64,000 nucleotides of DNA, taken from positions 30,945 through 94,944 of the forward strand of contig PLWW01000078.1 in assembly GCA_003153125.1 (NCBI GenBank), written 5' to 3'. This document shows positions 46,328 through 53,851 of this stretch, in pieces. The stretch's first letter is position 1, and each line of letters begins with the position of its first letter. The position numbers and the translations under genes are program-made. The DNA is from Candidatus Dormiibacterota bacterium. GTDB taxonomy: Bacteria > Chloroflexota > Dormibacteria > Aeolococcales > Aeolococcaceae. The notes beneath the pieces are model-generated. The model was not told the DNA's origin, ran no database searches, and saw only the letters and a list, made by a program, of their open reading frames with translations.

Positions 46328-47693
46328 CGCCGCGCCCTCCCGTATCGACCCGCAGCGAATGGCGGACCTGACCGCGCGCGAGGAGCGCGAGTTCCTCGCC
46401 AAGCGCCAGACATCGCGCCGGCTGTGGCAGGAGGCGACCACGGCGATGCCGCGCGGCGTGCCCTCGTCGTTCCAGGACACGCCTCCGCAGCCCGTGTTCA
46501 TCGACCGCGGCAAGGGAAGCCACGTGTGGGATGTCGACGGCAACGAGTACGTGGATTTCCACAACGGCTTCGGCGTCATGGTGGTGGGACACGCACATCC
46601 CGCCGTGGTTGCGGCGGTCAACGAACGCATGGCGCGCGGTTCCCATTTCGCCCAGCCCGTCGCCGAAGACGCCAGCGTGGCCGAGGAGCTGGCGCGTCGC
46701 TTCTCCCTGCCACAGTGGCGCTACACCAACAGCGGCACGGAGTCGACGCTCGATGCCGTACGGCTGGCGCGCGGCTTCACCGGTCGGGAGAGGCTGGTGA
46801 AGATCGAGGCCTCGTACCACGGCCACCACGACTCGCTGCTCGTCAGCGTCGAGCCGCCCCGCGACCTCATGGGGCCCGTCGAGAGCCCCAACTCGGTCCG
46901 CTACTGCGAGGGCATCCCCCAGGCCAGCGTCGACCTGGTCACGGTGGTTCCGTTCAACGACCTGCAGGCCCTCGAGCGTGCCTTCGCTGCGCACGACGAC
47001 ATCGCGGCCGTCGTCGTCGAGCCGGTGATGATGAACATCGGCATCGTGCTTCCAGACGACGGTTACCTCGCAGGCGCGCGTGACATCGCCCATCGCCACG
47101 GCGCGCTGCTTATCTTCGACGAGGTCAAGACCGGCGTGACCATCTCGGCCGGCGGCGCCACGGAGCGATTCGGCACAGTCCCGGACCTCATCTGTCTCGC
47201 CAAGGCGATCGGCGGCGGGCTGCCGTGTGGGGCCATCGGTGGTCGCGAGGACGTCATGGCGGTGATCACGGATGGGCGCGTGGCGCAGATGGGAACATTC
47301 AACGGCAATCCGCTGACCATCGCGGCGGCCCACGCCACGCTGTTCGATGTCCTCACCCCGGCGGCGTACTCGCACTTCGACGCGCTCGCCGAGGAGTTGC
47401 AGGGCGGCCTCGACAGGGTCATCTCTGATTTCGAGTTGCCGTTCCACGTGCTCACCCTGGCCGCGCGCGGTTGTGTCACCTATCGTCAGGATCGCGTACG
47501 CAACTACCGCGACTACCTCGACATCGACAAGGCGGTGCCGTACCTCTCGTGGCTCTACCAGAGCAACCGGGGCGTGCTCATGGCCCCCGGCGCCGAGGAG
47601 AACTGGACGCTGTCCGTGCAGCACAACGAGGCCGACGCGCGGCGCTATGTCGACAATTTCCGGGAGTTCGCGCGCGACCTCGTGGGCTCCTGA
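46317..47693 (+). CDS. Class III aminotransferase (glutamate-1-semialdehyde aminomutase-like)
   Basis: DVDGNEYVDFHNGFGVMVVGHAHP...NSGTESTLDAVRLAR...SYHGH...FDEVKTG....GG......PDLICLAKAIGGGLP. Confidence 0.85.
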   Translation: MPTDAAPSRIDPQRMADLTAREEREFLAKRQTSRRLWQEATTAMPRGVPSSFQDTPPQPVFIDRGKGSHVWDVDGNEYVDFHNGFGVMVVGHAHPAVVAAVNERMARGSHFAQPVAEDASVAEELARRFSLPQWRYTNSGTESTLDAVRLARGFTGRERLVKIEASYHGHHDSLLVSVEPPRDLMGPVESPNSVRYCEGIPQASVDLVTVVPFNDLQALERAFAAHDDIAAVVVEPVMMNIGIVLPDDGYLAGARDIAHRHGALLIFDEVKTGVTISAGGATERFGTVPDLICLAKAIGGGLPCGAIGGREDVMAVITDGRVAQMGTFNGNPLTIAAAHATLFDVLTPAAYSHFDALAEELQGGLDRVISDFELPFHVLTLAARGCVTYRQDRVRNYRDYLDIDKAVPYLSWLYQSNRGVLMAPGAEENWTLSVQHNEADARRYVDNFREFARDLVGS

Positions 47694-47710
47694 GCAGCGC
47701 CGAGGTCGGC

Positions 47711-48571
47711 TCAGTCCGGGATCGGGACGGCCCTTCCTGACACGCGGATCCCGCCGCCGCCGGGGTCGATCGCCACCGACAGCAGGCTCGGCCGGCCCAT
47801 GTCGTCGCCCTGGTGGATGATCACCGTTGCGGGTGGATCCACGAGGCCCAACGCGCGCAGGTACGCGCCCAGCGCGGCCGCCCCGGCACCGGTGGCAGGA
47901 TCCTCGACGACCCCGCCCACGGGGAAGGGGACTCTGGCGTGGAACACCGTGGGGCTTTCCCGCCACACCACTTCAACGGTGGTCCAGCCCTGGCGGGTCA
48001 TCAACTCCCGGAGCCGCTGGAAGTCGTACGACATGGCCGCGAGCAGGGCGCGTGAGCGAACACCGAGGACGAGATGGTGGGCGCCGGCGAAGCTCGCGCG
48101 CGGCGGCAGCAAAGGGTCGATGTCGTCGTTGGTCCAGCCGAAGGCCGCCAACGCCTCGCGCACGACGGTGGCTCTGACGGGCCCCACGGACGGGGGGACA
48201 CTGGTGAGGGTGGCCGTCGCCCGGCCGTCATGGTCGTGCACCACGGTGACCGCGACCTCACCGCTCTCAGTGTCGAAGAGGAGCTCGCCACCGCGCCCCG
48301 CGTCCGCCAGCGCCACCGCGGAGGCGATCGTGGCGTGGCCACAGAACGGCACCTCCGCGACGGGACTGTAGTACCGGATCCTGTAGGCGCCGGCACGATC
48401 CAGTGCCCAGAGGTACGCCGTCTCGCTGTAGCCCACCGCGGCAGCGACCTCGAGCATGGTGGCCTCGTCGACATCCCGGGGGTCGAGCACCACGCCTGCG
48501 GGGTTGCCCCCCGAGGGTTGGTCGGAGAAGGCGGTGTAGCGAAGCACGTCCATGCCGCCGACCCGGCTCAC
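47711..48571 (-). CDS. PhzF-family isomerase
   Basis: YTAFSDQPSGGNPAGVV...GYSETAYL...YRIRYYSP..EVPFCGHATIAS...EDPATGAGAAALGAYL. Last gene of the SDR-queA-like operon. Confidence 0.85.
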   Translation of the reverse strand: MSRVGGMDVLRYTAFSDQPSGGNPAGVVLDPRDVDEATMLEVAAAVGYSETAYLWALDRAGAYRIRYYSPVAEVPFCGHATIASAVALADAGRGGELLFDTESGEVAVTVVHDHDGRATATLTSVPPSVGPVRATVVREALAAFGWTNDDIDPLLPPRASFAGAHHLVLGVRSRALLAAMSYDFQRLRELMTRQGWTTVEVVWRESPTVFHARVPFPVGGVVEDPATGAGAAALGAYLRALGLVDPPATVIIHQGDDMGRPSLLSVAIDPGGGGIRVSGRAVPIPD

Positions 48572-48861
48572 GGAGCGATCCCGACCCGTGCCGCAACCGC
48601 CTCGCGGTCATCGAAGCCGCGGATGTCGATGACGCGGTCGCCCGCCAGCGACAGCGCCTGCCAACGCGGCACCTCGGCGCCAGCATCAGCGCCCTCGCCG
48701 CGCCCCGTCACCAGCAGGCCCACGAGCACGCGGTCGCCGTGGACGACCACCTCCGTCATGCGTGCCCGGACACCGGCGTCCCGGCCGCGCTGGTACCAGG
48801 CGAGCACCTGGCGGCGATTCCGGCAGCTCGGCGCCTCATCATTCGGGGCTCCACAGGTCAC
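48568..48861 (-). CDS. NTF2/SnoaL-like small protein, 5' end unresolved
   Basis: The frame stays open and coding-like upstream of GTG 48861 (..RSVGDRIRAALESADLTAIAAVLDADV..) but has no start codon. A different frame with high GC3 begins at an ATG overlapping the queA-like stop (ATGCATGA, 48997-49004). Confidence 0.45.
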   Translation of the reverse strand: MTCGAPNDEAPSCRNRRQVLAWYQRGRDAGVRARMTEVVVHGDRVLVGLLVTGRGEGADAGAEVPRWQALSLAGDRVIDIRGFDDREAVAARVGIAP

Positions 48862-48996
48862 ATCAGCGTCGAGGACTGCGGCGATGGCGGTCAGGTCGGC
48901 GGACTCGAGCGCGGCCCTGATGCGATCGCCGACGGATCGTTCATCGCTGGGTCGTCGTCCACCTCGTACCCCTCGGCTGTGTTGTCCCTGACCCGA

Positions 48997-50100
48997 TCAT
49001 GCATCGCCGGTGCTCGTACCGGCCACGCCGATCGGCAGCCACGTTCCGGGCATGAGGAGCATGGAGTCGCCGAATTCATGCCACAGGTAGCGCCGCTCGA
49101 GCGCGGCATCGTACGCGCGCCGAACGATGCCGGCGCCGGCGACCGCCTCGAGGAGAAGGAGGTGGCTCGATTCCGGGAGGTGCAGGCCTGTGATCAGGCC
49201 GGTGACCACGCGCGCCGGTCGACCCGGTCCGAGGACGAGGTCCGTCCAGCCGCCGCCGCCGCGGGCGCGACCGCGGTGGTCGGCGACGGTCTCCAGTGCG
49301 CGGACCACGGTGGTGCCGACGGCGATGACGCGGCGGCCGGCTGCGCGGGTTGCCGACACGAGGCGAGCCGTCTCACCGGGCACCACGTAGCGCTCCGGGG
49401 CGGGCAGCTCATGGAACTCCGGGCTGGACACACCGGCGTGCAGGGTCAGCGACGCGACGATCACACCGTGCGCCCTCAACCGCGCCAGGAGCGCGTGTGT
49501 GAACGGCCGGCCGGCGCTGACCATCTCGGCGCTGCCCGGCACATCAGCGTAGACCGTCTGGTGGTCGCTGAGCGGCAGGTGACCTGCCACCTGGCCGTAC
49601 ACGATGGGGCGGCCGTGCCGTGCGAGGTGCGCGAGCGCGTCGGTCGGAGGGCTGACTGCCACATCCCACAGGCGCGACGGCGCCGCGGTTGGATCGGGAT
49701 GCGGGCGGGCGAAGGTCAGGCTCACCTCCCCGCTGCGCAGGACGTCGCCGGCGGCCACAGCCAGGTCGGGGCCGGCGTTGTCCGGACGGCGCACCTCGAC
49801 GATCCACGAGGAGTCGTCGAGCCAGCCCGACACATGCAACAGAGCTGCGCTGCCACCACCGGCTCGCACCGTGAGCGCGGCCGGGAGGGTGGCGGACGTG
49901 TTGACCACGACGAGGTCACCCGGCTCGAGCAGGCGGGGCAGCTCGGAGAAGCGATGGTGGGACACGCGCGCCGGCGTGGCGGCGAGGAGGCGCACTCCGT
50001 CACGGGGGATGCCCCGGCGTTCCGGCGGCAGCGTTGCCTCGAGCCCCGGAGGAACCACGAAGCTCGTCTCCGGCCGCGGAGTCGCAGCCGTCGCGATCAT
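48997..50100 (-). CDS. QueA-like S-adenosylmethionine:tRNA ribosyltransferase-isomerase family protein
   Basis: LEPGDLVVVNTS...TVYA..PGS.E..SAGRPFT..LL..L...G...A.LTLHAG...VIAVGTTVVRALE...GLHLPESSHLLLL...FGDSMLL matches the QueA fold. ATGA overlap with the upstream SDR. Confidence 0.8.
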   Translation of the reverse strand: MIATAATPRPETSFVVPPGLEATLPPERRGIPRDGVRLLAATPARVSHHRFSELPRLLEPGDLVVVNTSATLPAALTVRAGGGSAALLHVSGWLDDSSWIVEVRRPDNAGPDLAVAAGDVLRSGEVSLTFARPHPDPTAAPSRLWDVAVSPPTDALAHLARHGRPIVYGQVAGHLPLSDHQTVYADVPGSAEMVSAGRPFTHALLARLRAHGVIVASLTLHAGVSSPEFHELPAPERYVVPGETARLVSATRAAGRRVIAVGTTVVRALETVADHRGRARGGGGWTDLVLGPGRPARVVTGLITGLHLPESSHLLLLEAVAGAGIVRRAYDAALERRYLWHEFGDSMLLMPGTWLPIGVAGTSTGDA

Positions 50101-50822
50101 GCCGACCCGTGCACGCCGGTGAGTTCGCCGACGCGGTATCGCCCGCTGGGGAGCGCCCCGGTGATCAGGCGCATGAGGTCTGGGACCACGCTCTCCGGGG
50201 TGGGGCGATTACTGATGTCCTCGCCCGGGAACGCCTCTTGCTGCAGGTCGGTGCGCATGTCGCCAGGGTCGAATGCATACACCGACAGCTCCGGATTCTC
50301 GACGGCGACGACCGCGCTGATGTGGTCGAGGGCGGCTTTCGAGGAGCCGTAACCGCCCCACCCGTCGTACGCCTCGACGGCGGCGTCGGAGGAGATGTTG
50401 ACGATGCGGCCGTGGCGGCGAGCGAGGTGGGGGAGGAGAAGCTGCAGGAGCGCAAGGGGGGCGAAGGTGTTGACGGCGTAGACAGCTTGGATGGCCTCGA
50501 GGGGGTAGTCGGCCAGCCGCGGTTGTGGCGTTGGACCCAGGACGCTGGCGTTGTTGACGACCACGTCGACGCCGCCGGAGGCGACGGCGGCGGCGATCAG
50601 ATGGCGGTGGGCGGGATCGGAGACATCCCCCGGAATCGCGGTCACGGCGGCCTCGCCGAGGGTGCTTGCGGCTGCCGCCAGGGCTGTCGCGTCGCGGCCG
50701 TCGATGACCACGTGCCAGCCCCGGCGCACCAGCTCCACGCTGAGCGCCCTGCCGAGACCGCGGGAGCCACCGGTCACCACGGCAACCGGCTGGTGGGATT
50801 CGTCGTCGATATCATTTCCCAT
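50097..50822 (-). CDS. Short-chain dehydrogenase/reductase (SDR)
   Basis: VAVVTGGSRGLGRAL (TGxxxGxG), NNASV, YGSSKAAL (YxxxK). I prefer ATG 50822 because ATG 50831 lies inside the -10 hexamer. Confidence 0.85.
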   Translation of the reverse strand: MGNDIDDESHQPVAVVTGGSRGLGRALSVELVRRGWHVVIDGRDATALAAAASTLGEAAVTAIPGDVSDPAHRHLIAAAVASGGVDVVVNNASVLGPTPQPRLADYPLEAIQAVYAVNTFAPLALLQLLLPHLARRHGRIVNISSDAAVEAYDGWGGYGSSKAALDHISAVVAVENPELSVYAFDPGDMRTDLQQEAFPGEDISNRPTPESVVPDLMRLITGALPSGRYRVGELTGVHGSA

Positions 50823-50829
50823 GCGGGTC

Positions 50830-50860
50830 ATCGTAGAAGTTAAAGTTAACTTGATGTCAA
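50830..50860 (-). promoter_or_regulatory. SoxR-type promoter: -35 TTGACA, 19-bp spacer containing a SoxR box, -10 TACGAT
   Basis: Minus strand reads TTGACA-TCAAGTTAACTTTAACTTC-TACGAT-gacccgc-ATG. The box CATCAAGTTAACTTTAAC (50839-50856) matches 14/18 of the remembered E. coli soxS operator CCTCAAGTTAACTTGAGG. The 19-bp spacer is the MerR-family hallmark. Confidence 0.6.
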
Positions 50861-51327
50861 GCCCCGCCGCCGTGCGCACCACCGACATGCTGCCCATCGG
50901 CGAGGTGGCGGAGCGCGCCGGCTTCGCGGCGTCGGCCCTGCGCTTCTACGAGAAGGAGGGGCTGATCAGTGGCACCCGCAGCGAGGCCGGGCAGCGTCGC
51001 TATCCGCGCAGCGTGCTTCGCCGCCTCGCCTTCGTGCGGGCGGCACAGAACGTCGGTCTCACCCTCGATGAGGTGCGCTCAGCCCTTGCCACGCTCCCTG
51101 ACTCGAGGGTACCGAATCGCGCCGACTGGGCGCGCCTGTCCCGTGGCTGGCGCGAGCGACTCGACGAGCAGATCGCGGGGCTCGTGGCGCTGCGCGAAGG
51201 CCTCACCACGTGCATCGGCTGCGGCTGCCTGTCCCTCCAACGGTGCGCGCTCTCCAACCCCAGTGACGTCGCGGCCGGCAGCGGCCCCGGCGCACGATAC
51301 CTGCCCACCGCCCTGAGGCGCCGCTGA
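50854..51327 (+). CDS. soxR: Redox-sensitive transcriptional activator SoxR
   Basis: MerR HTH LPIGEVAERAGFAASALRFYEKEGLI and the diagnostic [2Fe-2S] motif CIGCGCLSLQRC. Alternative start at ATG 50887. Confidence 0.9.
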   Translation: MSSPAAVRTTDMLPIGEVAERAGFAASALRFYEKEGLISGTRSEAGQRRYPRSVLRRLAFVRAAQNVGLTLDEVRSALATLPDSRVPNRADWARLSRGWRERLDEQIAGLVALREGLTTCIGCGCLSLQRCALSNPSDVAAGSGPGARYLPTALRRR

Positions 51328-51404
51328 GGCGACCCGCATCCGCGTGGCTCGATACGGTGAGCCGATGCGGTTCCGTGCATGGGCAGATGACGTCCTGGAG
51401 GTGC

Positions 51405-51536
51405 TCAGACCCCGGGGTTCTGCCCAACTTGGTGTGCCTTCTTCGCCGCCTCGCGACGCGCCGCCTTGGCGGTCGACGGCGCCTTGGGTTTCTTCACCTG
51501 CTTCTTGGGCGCGCCTCGATTCTTCTCGCTGGCCAT
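51405..51536 (-). CDS. Lys/Ala-rich small basic protein (43 aa), unknown function
   Basis: SD GGAGG lies 9 nt before the ATG. MASEKNRGAPKKQVKKPKAPSTAKAARREAAKKAHQVGQNPGV, with third positions almost all G/C. Not in the ORF track (<60 aa). Confidence 0.4.
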   Translation of the reverse strand: MASEKNRGAPKKQVKKPKAPSTAKAARREAAKKAHQVGQNPGV

Positions 51537-51661
51537 GTCGTCGGTCCTCCGTCGAGGTTGGTTCTCACTGGTGCGTTGGTCGCAGGCCCAACGCTACATC
51601 ACAGGAGGCGCGCTGGCAGTGGTCGCGCGATCGAGGAGTGAAACCGGCCCGGGCCCGGTGG

Positions 51662-52057
51662 CTACGGCGCGGTGGACTGAGCCGCGGAACGGATGGCCCG
51701 GATGACCGCCTCAGGCGGGGCGTCCTTGGTCAGGTAGCTGACCGCGCCGGCGGCGAGGGCCTGGGTGATCTTCTCGCGCTCCGAGTAGGAGGTCAGCATC
51801 ACCACGCGCACGTGCGAGTCCATCTCGACCAGCTTTTCCGTGGCCTCGATACCGTCCATCCCGGGCATGGAGATGTCCATCAACACGATGTCGGGCTTCA
51901 CGGCGTAGGCGAGCGCCACCGCGGCGGCCCCGTCCTCGGCAGCGCCCACCACCTCGATCCCCTCGACGCCGTTGAGGATGTCGGCGAGGCCCTTGCGCAT
52001 GAGCGGGTGGTCGTCGGCGATCAGGACGCGGATCACCGCCTCCTCAGCTTTCAGCAT
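51662..52057 (-). CDS. Response regulator, receiver domain only (no output domain)
   Basis: IRVLIADDHPLMRKGL...DIVLMDISMPGMDG...VVMLTS...GAVSYLTKD. Ends at 131 aa without the LuxR-type HTH expected for this subfamily. Confidence 0.85.
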   Translation of the reverse strand: MLKAEEAVIRVLIADDHPLMRKGLADILNGVEGIEVVGAAEDGAAAVALAYAVKPDIVLMDISMPGMDGIEATEKLVEMDSHVRVVMLTSYSEREKITQALAAGAVSYLTKDAPPEAVIRAIRSAAQSTAP

Positions 52058-53472
52058 GGCAAGGTCAGCATAAGCGAGGTCCCGTGGCCCGGCTCGCTCT
52101 GCAGCGAGAGGCTGCCGCTCGACGCCTCCACGGCGTTGTTGAGCAGGTGCAGGCCCACATGACCCTCCTCGCGGCGGCGGGAGCGGTCGTCCGGCGAGAA
52201 GCCACGGCCGTTGTCAGCGACCTGCAGGGTCAGTGTGCCGTCAACGAGGCGCAGCGTGGTGACGACCTTGGTGGCCTGGCTGTGGTTGACGACATTGCGG
52301 ATTGCCTCCTGGGCGACACGGAACACCAGGGAGGTCTTGTCAGCGGGAATGTGTGTCGCCGTGGCAGCCTCCAGCTCGACGGCGATGCCCTTTCCCGGCA
52401 GCGGCTCGAGGAGCTTGCGCAGCGCCGCGTCCATGCCACCGGCCTCGAGATCGGGCGGCGCGATCTCGATCATGAGGGTGCGCAGGTCGGTGACCGATGA
52501 CCGCAGGGTGCCGGCGGCTTCGAGCAGCTGCGGGTCCTCTGTCGGACCGGACCCGCGCGCCGCGAGCGAGAGCGCCAGGCCGGCCAGGGTCTGCACGACA
52601 CCGTCGTGGAGGTCACTGGCGATGCGCTTGCGCTCCACGTCGCTGGCGTCGATCGCCTGTTGGAGGAGCGCCTCCCGCTCCATCGTGTGCTGCGCTCGTT
52701 CCAGTTCCTGCGCCCTGATGCGGCGGGCGAGGAGCACCAGGAAACCCTGGAGCAGGATGATCGGCAGCAGCGTGGTGGTGAAGCCGACCGTGCCGGCCGC
52801 GTGGTAGAGGAGAACGGCGCCGAACGCCCCCCAGCCGTAGCCGATGTTGTAGAGGATCAGCGACGCCATCGAGCGCAGAAAAACGGACGCGCCGTTCACC
52901 TTGCCATGCGATGCCAGGGCGATGACCGCCGCCAGCAGCGCAGTGTTGACCGCGCATGCCACGGTCGCAGCGAGTGTCGCCGACAAGGCGCCCCACAGCA
53001 CGCCATGGTTCGTGCGGGTCAACCCGTGAAAGATCACCCACGCCGCGAGACCGCTCAGCAGGAAGTTCTCGGTATTGAAGATCGCGCGGAACCATCCTTG
53101 CTTCATCCGGGCTGCGAAGGCGGCCGCTTGCGTGGTTGACGCGACGATGACGCCCACCGGTCCGAAGGTGAACGTCAGCGCCAGGTGGACAAAGAGACCC
53201 GCCGTCCACAGGCTGTCCACGCCGTCGGTCATGCGGACGCTGCAGTACGCCGCGGCCAGGATCACGACACCGCCGATGAGGAGGGTCGTGGCGTCGCTGA
53301 CAGCCTGGAAGGTGACGATGCTGAGCGTTACGGAGGCGATCCCAAGGAACGCGACAAACGACACAAGAGCGGGAGTGAATTCGACCGGCGCCGGGGCGTG
53401 CTCCTCGGGGAGGAGCTGTCGCAGCCGGCGTGCAGCCGACAGTGCGGCCCGAACGCGTTCCATCGGTCGCAT
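52051..53472 (-). CDS. Membrane sensor histidine kinase (HisKA_3/DesK-NarX type)
   Basis: About 8 N-terminal TMs, an H-box ERKRIASDLHDGVVQTL, and an HATPase region VNHSQATKV...DNGRGF...GHVGL..L...V....G.L.L.S.PG.GT. I prefer ATG 53472 (MRPMERV). Confidence 0.85.
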   Translation of the reverse strand: MRPMERVRAALSAARRLRQLLPEEHAPAPVEFTPALVSFVAFLGIASVTLSIVTFQAVSDATTLLIGGVVILAAAYCSVRMTDGVDSLWTAGLFVHLALTFTFGPVGVIVASTTQAAAFAARMKQGWFRAIFNTENFLLSGLAAWVIFHGLTRTNHGVLWGALSATLAATVACAVNTALLAAVIALASHGKVNGASVFLRSMASLILYNIGYGWGAFGAVLLYHAAGTVGFTTTLLPIILLQGFLVLLARRIRAQELERAQHTMEREALLQQAIDASDVERKRIASDLHDGVVQTLAGLALSLAARGSGPTEDPQLLEAAGTLRSSVTDLRTLMIEIAPPDLEAGGMDAALRKLLEPLPGKGIAVELEAATATHIPADKTSLVFRVAQEAIRNVVNHSQATKVVTTLRLVDGTLTLQVADNGRGFSPDDRSRRREEGHVGLHLLNNAVEASSGSLSLQSEPGHGTSLMLTLPC

Positions 53473-53560
53473 GGTCGGGGTCTGGCGGGCCGGATCCGGG
53501 GTTCGCGACACAATCGCCACAGGTCTGTCGGCTGCGACCGTCAGGCGCAGACGCCCGGCA

Positions 53561-53588
53561 ACTGTAAAGACCTGAACAGATTTGTAAA
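53561..53588 (-). promoter_or_regulatory. Candidate promoter for the kinase operon (-35 TTTACA, 16-nt spacer, -10 TACAGT) within a CTTTACA direct repeat
   Basis: AT-rich island in a GC-rich intergenic region. CTTTACA occurs twice, 20 bp apart. Confidence 0.3.
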
Positions 53589-53700
53589 GCGGCGTCCTGT
53601 GACCGCCGCTATCGCGCCAGCCGCGCCCATTGAAACCCCCGACATGAGGCACAGTCCGCCCAAGTGCTGAGCGTGAGCTCGGCTGGACGGAGGGATTCGC

Positions 53701-53745
53701 ATGGGTACCTGGGACAACCAGTGCTCGTACGCCGGCTGGGGCTGA
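53701..53745 (+). CDS. 14-aa small ORF MGTWDNQCSYAGWG with strong SD
   Basis: GGAGG lies 7 nt before the ATG. 12 of the 13 codons after the ATG end in G/C. Sits between the kinase operon and the MFS gene. Confidence 0.25.
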   Translation: MGTWDNQCSYAGWG

Positions 53746-53768
53746 GTCCGAGAAGGAACCAGTCTCGT

Positions 53769-53851
53769 CAAGGTAACCGCTCGATGTGACGGAACCTTGG
53801 ACAAAGGTGTGACGCACCGGTAACGTGCGGCGTCACACAAGGGGACGCCCC
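53769..53851 (+). promoter_or_regulatory. Three consecutive hairpins in the MFS leader
   Basis: CAAGGTaaCCG...CGGaACCTTG (53769-53799). GTGTGACG(CAC)...(GTG)cggCGTCACAC (53807-53838). GGGGacgCCCC (53841-53851). Confidence 0.3.

Noticed and set aside
51537-51661. Remnant LuxR-type HTH of the response regulator in the downstream spacer
   Set aside because: None of the three frames gives an HTH-like sequence. One frame reads FTPRSRDH..., which is too weak to call.
53841-53851. GGGGACGCCCC as a guanidine-II (mini-ykkC) hairpin upstream of a transporter
   Set aside because: The loop is 3 nt (ACG) rather than an ACGR tetraloop, and there is no second matching hairpin.
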